Shown here: positions 7,823-14,939 of the stretch, one piece after another
Layout of the letters: each line of letters opens with the position of its first letter
How positions within the stretch are numbered: position 1 is the stretch's first letter
Notes under the pieces: generated by a model
Database searches by the model: none
The model's input: the letters and a program-made list of their open reading frames with translations, nothing else
What the model was told of the DNA's origin: nothing
Program-made: the position numbers and the translations under genes
Source: Candidatus Micrarchaeota archaeon
GTDB lineage: Archaea; Micrarchaeota; Micrarchaeia; Anstonellales; Anstonellaceae
Length of the DNA stretch: 18,116 nucleotides
NCBI GenBank assembly: GCA_043810635.1
Contig: JBDRNY010000054.1
Location: 1 to 18,116 of the forward strand
Reading direction: 5' to 3'

Positions 7823-8374
7823 ATGCGGATGCAGATGAAAAAAGCCAGTGAAAAAAAGAAAAAATCCGCGCTCACTTTGCAGCAAAAGTATGCCCTTATA
7901 GCAGGAGCTGCAATTATTGTAATAATTCTCGGCTTTACCCTCTTTTTCGGAGGGGGGGAAGACGATGCCCAAACATTTACAGACTATCTTTACAATTCCC
8001 CCGGCAACGGAATTATAATGGATATAAGAAATTCCCCTTCGCAGGAAGTTTCTTCTAATATAATGCAGTGCGGGGTAAATTTAATTTCAGGCGGATTTTT
8101 TGCGCAAACAAAAAAAGATTTGCTTGTATATGCATGCGATGATTCAGGATGCATTTCCTCATCAGCCATTAATGCAACAGATACCAATATAACAGACGAA
8201 GAAATTCCTGTTGTGCAATATGATGAAGCATTATATGACATGCGCGGAAAGGCATATTTTCTTATAAAATATGGCCAGTATGGAAAATTTTCTTTTCATC
8301 CAAATTATTTGGAAGTGCACATGAATTCCTCTTCAGACCCTTCAGTGTGCGCGATTAATCTGAAAAGAGAGTAA
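7823..8374 (+). CDS. Hypothetical single-pass membrane protein
   Basis: Lys-rich N-terminus, one TM helix (YALIAGAAIIVIILGFTLFF) and a four-Cys domain similar to the C-terminus of the upstream protein. It begins 10 nt after the upstream gene. The start could be any of three Met codons. Confidence 0.85.
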   Translation: MRMQMKKASEKKKKSALTLQQKYALIAGAAIIVIILGFTLFFGGGEDDAQTFTDYLYNSPGNGIIMDIRNSPSQEVSSNIMQCGVNLISGGFFAQTKKDLLVYACDDSGCISSSAINATDTNITDEEIPVVQYDEALYDMRGKAYFLIKYGQYGKFSFHPNYLEVHMNSSSDPSVCAINLKRE

Positions 8375-8420
8375 TTCTCCCTTTACATAATTTTTTAACC
8401 TTCCACTTTTTCCTATTACT

Positions 8421-8945
8421 ATGGAACAGATTCGTATAATTACAAAAGGGCGGGATTTGAGAAAAATCGGCGCAAAGGCATTTATGGACTATATCAATCC
8501 ATTTGTAAAAGAAAAATCTTTTATTGCATTAAACAAGCCCGTAACCCTAAAAGGGGAAAAAGAATGGCTTTCCCGCAATGCAAAAGATATTGACAAGAAA
8601 GACAAAATATTTGTAATTTTGTTTATTGACAAAAAGATTGCAGGAACGTGCACAGTGTGGAGGGATAATTTGCAGGTAAGGCGGCACAATATTACTTTTG
8701 CAATATCTGTAGCAAAGAAATACCGGGGCAAAGGTTATGGAAAAATGCTTTTGAAAAAAACCATGCAAATTGCAAAAAAGAAATTAAAGCCAAAGAAAAT
8801 GTGGATCGAGCACATCGAAGGAAACAAAATTGCAAGAAAATTATACCAAGAATTGGGGTTTGTCCAGGTTGCAAGGTTTAATGATTATGTCAACCATTTT
8901 GGCAGGTATAAAGACCAGATAATAATGGAATATAAGGGGAAATAG
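8421..8945 (+). CDS. GNAT family N-acetyltransferase
   Basis: Acetyl-CoA motif A, ISVAKKYRGKGYGKMLL, and motif B, NKIARKLYQELGF. Confidence 0.92.
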   Translation: MEQIRIITKGRDLRKIGAKAFMDYINPFVKEKSFIALNKPVTLKGEKEWLSRNAKDIDKKDKIFVILFIDKKIAGTCTVWRDNLQVRRHNITFAISVAKKYRGKGYGKMLLKKTMQIAKKKLKPKKMWIEHIEGNKIARKLYQELGFVQVARFNDYVNHFGRYKDQIIMEYKGK

Positions 8946-8966
8946 GTTTATACCAAAAAAATCAGT

Positions 8967-9305
8967 TCATGCAACTTTGCTTTTTCGCTTTGCCCTCACA
9001 GAAATTTTCTCTTCTTCAGCTTCAGCTGCATTCCTTATCAGAGTCATTTCAATCTTCTTAAATTGTTTTACAAGCGGAGAGCTTTCATCTAACTGATACA
9101 ATTTTGCCCTTCCAACCACCCTCGTAATTTTTACCATGCCATTTTTCTCAAGCTCGTCCCAGTAGTTGAACAGGCTCGCCCAGCTTATTTTTGCTCCTTT
9201 TGCAATTTCTGTTTTTGTAAAGTCCTGCAGCCTGTGTTCAAACAAAAAATTCATTATGCGAAATTGCGGCGTGTCGCCGAAAAATTCAATAAATTCTGAA
9301 GCCAT
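8967..9305 (-). CDS. Winged-helix DNA-binding protein
   Basis: HTH FTKTEIAKGAKISWASLFNYWDELEKNGMV followed by wing TRVVGRAKLYQL. SD AGGTGG lies upstream of the ATG. Confidence 0.88.
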   Translation of the reverse strand: MASEFIEFFGDTPQFRIMNFLFEHRLQDFTKTEIAKGAKISWASLFNYWDELEKNGMVKITRVVGRAKLYQLDESSPLVKQFKKIEMTLIRNAAEAEEEKISVRAKRKSKVA

Positions 9306-9432
9306 TTTTCCACCTATTATCTATTCTATTATATATCAATATCTATATATTTATATATCTATTTGCACCACTGGAAACTTACCCTTTCCAAACTTACATA
9401 TCTCCCTCCGCCAACCATTATCTGGTGTTTTT

Positions 9433-9714
9433 ATAGGAAAAAGTTACTCGTATGAGCAGCTCAAAGCCCATATATTATACAAATTAGCCCGCCACCGCAG
9501 GTGGGGGGGCAAGCATACAGAATTAATTCATATAAGAAGCGCCCTCCCTCCAAAATACCGTGCTGATGCAAAGCAATTGGCAAAAGAGCTTCTAAATGAT
9601 GGTTTGATAACCTGGCTTAAAAAAACAGGTCAAATCCATATCTCTTTGAATTCTCACAAAAAGAAAGAAATTCTTGATTTGATAGAGAAATATTTTGGGA
9701 AACAAATTCACTAA
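9433..9714 (+). CDS. Small basic hypothetical protein, probably winged-helix-like, with an apparent ATA start
   Basis: The C-terminal 93 codons of ORF 9166..9714 look protein-like (HILYKL..WGGKHTEL..KELLNDGLI..ISLN). GGTG at 9424-9427 lies 5 nt before in-frame ATA 9433. There is no in-frame ATG/GTG/TTG between 9306 and the conserved-looking N-terminus. Confidence 0.75.
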   Translation: MGKSYSYEQLKAHILYKLARHRRWGGKHTELIHIRSALPPKYRADAKQLAKELLNDGLITWLKKTGQIHISLNSHKKKEILDLIEKYFGKQIH

Positions 9715-9723
9715 ATTCTAATT

Positions 9724-12468
9724 TTACTTATACCTCAAAAATGCGCCTATGCCGTAAAATGATTGAAAAAATTGAGCGCCTTCTGATGTTTCTGTTGAAA
9801 TTATTTCCACTTCAGCTCCCGCCCCGTCTGCCAATTCAATTAAATCATCTCTCAAATCATGCTCGCTTAATATCTCAATTCTCCTTCCCTTTTCATCATG
9901 CTTCGGAATTTTCTCCCCGCTTCTTTTATTCACCCATTTTTCCTCTCCGTCAATTTTCAAATGATATCTTTTCCATTCCAGCCCTTCAGATATAAGCAGA
10001 GTTGATGCCTGCCTTTTTTCCAGCGCCTCCCTTACATTTGCTTCCCCGTATGCAGCCAATCCGTTTGAAACAACCGCTTTAATGAATTTGTCAATTATCT
10101 CCTTTTCTTTTATTGCCTGCTGGCCCACGATTATTTCATTTGCTTTTGCCATCATTTCCTTTAATCCGTGTTCATCAGTATACCCCGTATCCACAACACC
10201 CAATACTTTAATTTGGTAATTGAAAGGCGACATTTTCTTAAAATCCTGCTTTGCAGGCCCCGGCCCGCCCACAATAACTCCTTTTACAGTATTTACAAAA
10301 TACCTGTCCATCGCCCCCCCGATTCTTTTGTAATAGAATTCAATGCTTTCTTCAATCAACCTCTGAAATCTTCTTGCACTATTATGCACAATAAATCCGT
10401 TTGCAACAAAGTTGAATGCATTTGGAATTGTCAGGTCAATATACTCACTCTCCTCTTTGATTGGGATTTTTTGCGCAACAGTTGCAATTCCAATATCCTG
10501 CGACGTCCATTTGCAAAGAAGCTTATCTGCTTTTTCTCCAACTCCAACTTCTTTTGCCCTTTTTCTAATCACGCCAGCTATATTCCTTCCAAATGCTTCA
10601 TACCCTAAAGGCTTTACATTCCTAAAAAAGCAGCTTGCAGCATGAAAATCGCTTGTTTTAAGCTCAAGTGATTTTGCAAATGCAAATACTTCCCTTCCGT
10701 CAACAGGCACTTGGTTTGTGTACTGTCGCATTGTTTTCTGCTTTGCAACATTTGCCAGCGCCTTCTTTTTGTCCTTTCTTGAAAATCCTATTTTTTCCAT
10801 GAATTTGCGCACAGATTGCCTATCCGATATGCTGACAAACCACTGAGGGTTCCCCTGCACTTTCTTCTCCCCAAACGAAGCCTGGATGCCAAGCCTGAGT
10901 AGCATTGCCTGAATCTGATGCAGCATCTTCCTTGCCCGCATTGCCATATCCACCCTCTTGCCGTTCATGTACCCTTCTGCATCATAAAGCCCTGACAGAA
11001 ATGCTGCCTGCACTTCTGTTTTTGATTTCAAAATTTGTTCCGGGACGCATCTTGTGTCCGCGCTTGCAATAATCTGCGGCACTTCTTTTTTCACAAATCC
11101 TGCAAATTCCTTGCTGTAAATGCGAATTTCATAATATTCTTTTTTTGCAAAGCTTCCTTTTTGCCCGCGCTTGTCAACAACATAGCATTTTGGCTCAACC
11201 TCTATAGCCTCTACACTCGCTTTCATGTATTTCTCGACGAGTTGTGGGTAGCTCTCGTAAATGCAAATTCTATTTCCATCCAGGCTGCCATCTCCTGCAA
11301 TAACCCCCAAGAGATATGCAAGCGTTTTACCATAAGCTTCAGGCAGTTTTAATTTTGGCTTTATATATTTTTTCCCATCAAGCTTCAACCCATACAGCTC
11401 ATACATCTCTCTTGTTTTTTTTAGCCCAAGCGGAATTTCTCCCCTTTCCATCCTACAAACTGCCATCTGGCTAATATTAAGTTTTTTTGCAGCCATACTC
11501 TGCGACAGCTCCAATTCAATCCTTCTTTGCCTTAGTTTTTTGAATTCTTTTTTATCCAGCCCAACCGCAAGTTCTGGCTTATAATTTATTTTCACATCTG
11601 CTCCATCATGCCATATTTTTTTTGCAATAAGCACCCTATCCCCTATTTTCAAATCTTTTGCATATATCTCTTTGACTCCCGCCGGGGTAATTGTGAAAAA
11701 TCGGTGCCATGCAGTCGCAACAATTTCCATCTTCGGGGCATGGACTATTATCTTATATGCCTGCTTTGCCTTGGTATAAAATTTATCTTCACAATTCCAA
11801 TTTGAAATTTTGAATTCAGATAAGTCTGCCCCTTTTATATCTGTGCCTATTTTCACTTCCGAAACAGGCAGAAGCCCCCCGTCTGCAGCAAAAACCATTG
11901 TATCCGGCGCAAGGCATTGCCCCCCCTTGCGAATTTTTGAATGCGCGGTTGAATGCAGTCTTTTCAATATTTTTACATTAGTCCCCCTTAATGTTGCAAT
12001 TGTGCATTCCCTCCCGTCCATCACAACCAATCCATAGCTTTCTTTCACTTCAACCATTTCCTCAAGAGGCCCCAAATAAAATCTAGAATCACACCTGTAA
12101 GTCTGCACTTTCATCGGCTCGGGGGGAAATATTGCAAACAATTGAATATCAGTTTTGGAAGGATTATCCGAAACATTTCCGCAAAAGATGGCAATTCCGC
12201 TTTCAGGAGCGATATGGCCATAGCTTTTCAGGTGGTGGATTATTTTTTCCAAAGCATCCATCACATTTTTCCTTGTGCCTTTTGATTTTATGTTTGAAGC
12301 CTGCCCTGCCTCCTCTTTTAATTTGTTTGAAGTTGCGTGTATCTGGGCTTTGCTGGGTATATACACTGAAATAAGCTCGGTTCCGCTTCCCTTAAGGTTT
12401 TTGAGATGGTGTATCTGCTTTTTCAGCAAATACTTCTCCTTTGCCTTGTCATCTTTTTTCTTTGCCAT
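9724..12468 (-). CDS. prf1: Peptide chain release factor aRF1, intein-containing precursor
   Basis: Motifs GTELISVYIP, ASNIKS, YRCDSRF (YxCxxxF), KGGQ|SARRF, GGPGPAK and C-terminal GIGAFLRY. Removing the 512-aa insert leaves 402 aa, a normal aRF1 length. Confidence 0.97.
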   Translation of the reverse strand: MAKKKDDKAKEKYLLKKQIHHLKNLKGSGTELISVYIPSKAQIHATSNKLKEEAGQASNIKSKGTRKNVMDALEKIIHHLKSYGHIAPESGIAIFCGNVSDNPSKTDIQLFAIFPPEPMKVQTYRCDSRFYLGPLEEMVEVKESYGLVVMDGRECTIATLRGTNVKILKRLHSTAHSKIRKGGQCLAPDTMVFAADGGLLPVSEVKIGTDIKGADLSEFKISNWNCEDKFYTKAKQAYKIIVHAPKMEIVATAWHRFFTITPAGVKEIYAKDLKIGDRVLIAKKIWHDGADVKINYKPELAVGLDKKEFKKLRQRRIELELSQSMAAKKLNISQMAVCRMERGEIPLGLKKTREMYELYGLKLDGKKYIKPKLKLPEAYGKTLAYLLGVIAGDGSLDGNRICIYESYPQLVEKYMKASVEAIEVEPKCYVVDKRGQKGSFAKKEYYEIRIYSKEFAGFVKKEVPQIIASADTRCVPEQILKSKTEVQAAFLSGLYDAEGYMNGKRVDMAMRARKMLHQIQAMLLRLGIQASFGEKKVQGNPQWFVSISDRQSVRKFMEKIGFSRKDKKKALANVAKQKTMRQYTNQVPVDGREVFAFAKSLELKTSDFHAASCFFRNVKPLGYEAFGRNIAGVIRKRAKEVGVGEKADKLLCKWTSQDIGIATVAQKIPIKEESEYIDLTIPNAFNFVANGFIVHNSARRFQRLIEESIEFYYKRIGGAMDRYFVNTVKGVIVGGPGPAKQDFKKMSPFNYQIKVLGVVDTGYTDEHGLKEMMAKANEIIVGQQAIKEKEIIDKFIKAVVSNGLAAYGEANVREALEKRQASTLLISEGLEWKRYHLKIDGEEKWVNKRSGEKIPKHDEKGRRIEILSEHDLRDDLIELADGAGAEVEIISTETSEGAQFFQSFYGIGAFLRYK
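10381..11916 (-). mobile_element. Intein (512 aa) with Xre-type HTH and LAGLIDADG homing endonuclease
   Basis: Block A CLAPDTMV (Cys185), block B ATAWHRFF, HTH at about 11440-11544, LAGLIDADG motifs LAYLLGVIAGDG and FLSGLYDAEG, block F YIDLTIP, C-terminal VHN (Asn696) and +1 Ser. Confidence 0.97.
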
Positions 12469-12524
12469 TTTATTTCAACCTTTTATACACTAACTTATGT
12501 TTTCCACCCTCTTAAATTTCTATG

Positions 12525-13094
12525 CTATTCAAAAAATTCCACTTTCCCAGTTGTCATGGAATAATAAGCCCCGATTAGTTTCACTTTCCCCTCAGAGGCA
12601 AGCTGTTCGATTATGCCGCTTTTTTTGGGTATTTCTTTTACTGTTTCCTTTACATTGTCTATAATGCATTTATGTACATCAAATTCATCCTTTTCAGCTG
12701 TTGGCGCAATTGTTTTTACAATAGCCTTGATATGCCCCTCATCGCTTTTTCCCTTGCAAGTGCATGTAGCTTTCACGGCGCCGCATCCTTCATGCCCCAG
12801 CACAACAAGCAGGGGGGTATGCAGGTGCGCCACCCCATATTCAAGAGTGCCCAAAGTAATGTCATCATTTGCCAAATTCCCCGCATTTTTCACTGTAAAC
12901 ATTTCCCCCAAATTCACGTCGAATATATAATTTGCAATAATTCTTGAATCAGAGCAGCACAAAACCGTCACCCATGGCTTCTGCCCCTCCAGCAATTCCT
13001 TTCTTCTAGCAGTAAAATTTTTTGCACCCGGCTTGTTATTTGCAAACCTTTCATTCCCTTCTTTCAACTTCTTTAGCGCTTCTTCTGCATTCAT
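12525..13094 (-). CDS. Beta-class carbonic anhydrase
   Basis: L..GN.RF N-terminus, GQKP, C47-S-D49-S-R51, NAGN, EYGV.HL and H101-x-x-C104-G. SD AAGGTGA at 13101-13107 and a TATA-like element at 13125-13136. Confidence 0.96.
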   Translation of the reverse strand: MNAEEALKKLKEGNERFANNKPGAKNFTARRKELLEGQKPWVTVLCCSDSRIIANYIFDVNLGEMFTVKNAGNLANDDITLGTLEYGVAHLHTPLLVVLGHEGCGAVKATCTCKGKSDEGHIKAIVKTIAPTAEKDEFDVHKCIIDNVKETVKEIPKKSGIIEQLASEGKVKLIGAYYSMTTGKVEFFE

Positions 13095-13139
13095 GGAAAT
13101 TCACCTTAATTTATTGCACAGAACTATTAAATAAAACCT

Positions 13140-14873
13140 TTAGTGTGCTTCATGAGTCTTCTTTTCGCTTACATCAATTTTGACAGTAACGCCTGGGTCA
13201 TAGAAAAGCTGCCTTTCAACAAAATATGAATACTGCTTCTTCTGAGTATAATTCTTAATTTCATCTTCGGGTGTTTGCTCAGGAGGCATAAATTTTGCCC
13301 CTCCCCTCAAATCCCTTATCATTAATCCGATGTCAAATGCACTATTCCCGCGTGCGGCTGTCATATCTGCAATCACATCCTGCTGGTTCAGAAGCGTGCG
13401 GTATATTTCAAAGTTTTCGCGCTGGCTCTCTTCTGCAACAAGAAGGTCAAAATGCGGCTGCGTCAATTCTATCCCAGGTATTACCTCTTTTGTAATATCC
13501 TCAATTTTTTCTGCAGCCGGAAATGAAAACAATCCATCTTTGGCAAATATCGCCTTCCCCCTCTTAAGCGCATGGCGCACAGTTTTTCTCAAGTCATTTG
13601 TTGTCCCTGAAACAAATTCTACAAGCAATTCAAGCCTGTCTTTAGGAATTTCCTCCCCGGAAGCCTCCCTCGCTTTTTCTATTGCACCCGAAAATTCCTC
13701 AGCACCAAATGCCGGCTCCACGTTTCCTTCCATAATCTGCTTCAGCTTTAATTCTATCATATCCCTTGCATTTGACATCCTGTTCCCAAAAATCTTTCTT
13801 GCATCATTCATTGCCATGTGGAATGCTATAAGGGTTGTAAGATATCCACAGAATGTATGCCCCCCGTCAATTATTCCGCTGCACAGCTGGGATGTTACAA
13901 TCCTTCTTCTCTCCCCTTGCTTCAGGGTGCTGCCCATTTCTTTTATAATCGCCATTTGAACCAATAGGTTAATAATTCTCGCATCAACACATCCAATTTC
14001 TTTCATAGCATAAGCATCTTTGTAAGCAAGCGTGTAATACTCATCTTTTTCATGCTCAAGAAGGCTGTTTACAATATCTTTAAACCTGCCATCATTTTCT
14101 ACAAGCCCGGAATTCTCAATATATTTTCTAAGAGGCAACCCAATGCGTCCGTTATTTTTAACAAAATACACTTCTCTTGTTTCCTTATCATATACTGTAG
14201 AAATAAGCGGAATTTCAATATTTTCCCTTCCATAAAGATAGTAGCTTTTTGTTACATAATGCTTTGCCTTTTGCGCCGCCTCCATATATCTCAATTTGCG
14301 GGCATGTGAAAGCATTGCCGCCTTCTCAAGACTGCAGTTTCCAGTAGAGTCCGCAGTAACGCTTCCATGAAAAACTATTGCCGCCGGAATTGCTTTATGG
14401 TTTAGAAGGTATTGGAAAATAACCAAATCATTTGCATCCTCTAAATGCTCTTTTTTTCTGATATTTATCCTCTGCCCGAAATTACCATGCATCTTTTTAT
14501 CAGAAATGTACGCTTTCCCGTAAATCTGCTCTATATTGTCTTCAGAGCTGTTGGAAGCAACAAAAAGATTGGGCACCTGCCCTTCAGAGCAGTCATGATA
14601 TATCTTGCTTTCATATTTGTCAAGAAAAATAGGCAGAAACCCATGCACAACTTCCCTTGATATCCCGCTTTCATTGCAAGCATTCTGCAATTCAACAATT
14701 TTTTTGTGAAATTCAGGGCATGCAGGCTTCTCAAGAAGAGGCAGTGAATTTTCAAATACATTCCTAAAATTTCTATTAACAATATCATATGCCTGCGAAC
14801 CAATTTCATGCCCAAGTTTTCTGCGTGCAAGATTTTCTGCCATCTCTATTCCATTTAGCGGCTTATGGTTCAT
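13140..14873 (-). CDS. Tandem beta-carbonic-anhydrase-like protein (degenerate N-terminal module plus Zn-site-intact C-terminal module)
   Basis: 577 aa with SD GAGGTGG. C295-V-D297-A-R299 and H339-T-F-C342-G are present. Residues of about 97-240 align by eye with the neighbouring beta-CA but lack its Cys/Asp/Arg motif. Confidence 0.7.
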   Translation of the reverse strand: MNHKPLNGIEMAENLARRKLGHEIGSQAYDIVNRNFRNVFENSLPLLEKPACPEFHKKIVELQNACNESGISREVVHGFLPIFLDKYESKIYHDCSEGQVPNLFVASNSSEDNIEQIYGKAYISDKKMHGNFGQRINIRKKEHLEDANDLVIFQYLLNHKAIPAAIVFHGSVTADSTGNCSLEKAAMLSHARKLRYMEAAQKAKHYVTKSYYLYGRENIEIPLISTVYDKETREVYFVKNNGRIGLPLRKYIENSGLVENDGRFKDIVNSLLEHEKDEYYTLAYKDAYAMKEIGCVDARIINLLVQMAIIKEMGSTLKQGERRRIVTSQLCSGIIDGGHTFCGYLTTLIAFHMAMNDARKIFGNRMSNARDMIELKLKQIMEGNVEPAFGAEEFSGAIEKAREASGEEIPKDRLELLVEFVSGTTNDLRKTVRHALKRGKAIFAKDGLFSFPAAEKIEDITKEVIPGIELTQPHFDLLVAEESQRENFEIYRTLLNQQDVIADMTAARGNSAFDIGLMIRDLRGGAKFMPPEQTPEDEIKNYTQKKQYSYFVERQLFYDPGVTVKIDVSEKKTHEAH

Positions 14874-14939
14874 CTTTCCACCTCAATTTCTATCAACAAA
14901 GCTAATGTGTTTTGATGTGTAAATTCACGCTTTTTAGTT

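Noticed and set aside
9166..9432. Upstream part of the 182-aa ORF
   Set aside because: It overlaps the wHTH gene in antisense and crosses a TA-rich promoter spacer, and the translation (IIYSIIYQYLYIYISI) is not protein-like.
9724..12468. Stop-codon reassignment linked to the unusual aRF1
   Set aside because: The NIKS and YxCxxxF motifs are intact, and TAA, TAG (8943-8945) and TGA (wHTH gene) all end genes at plausible positions with no sign of readthrough.
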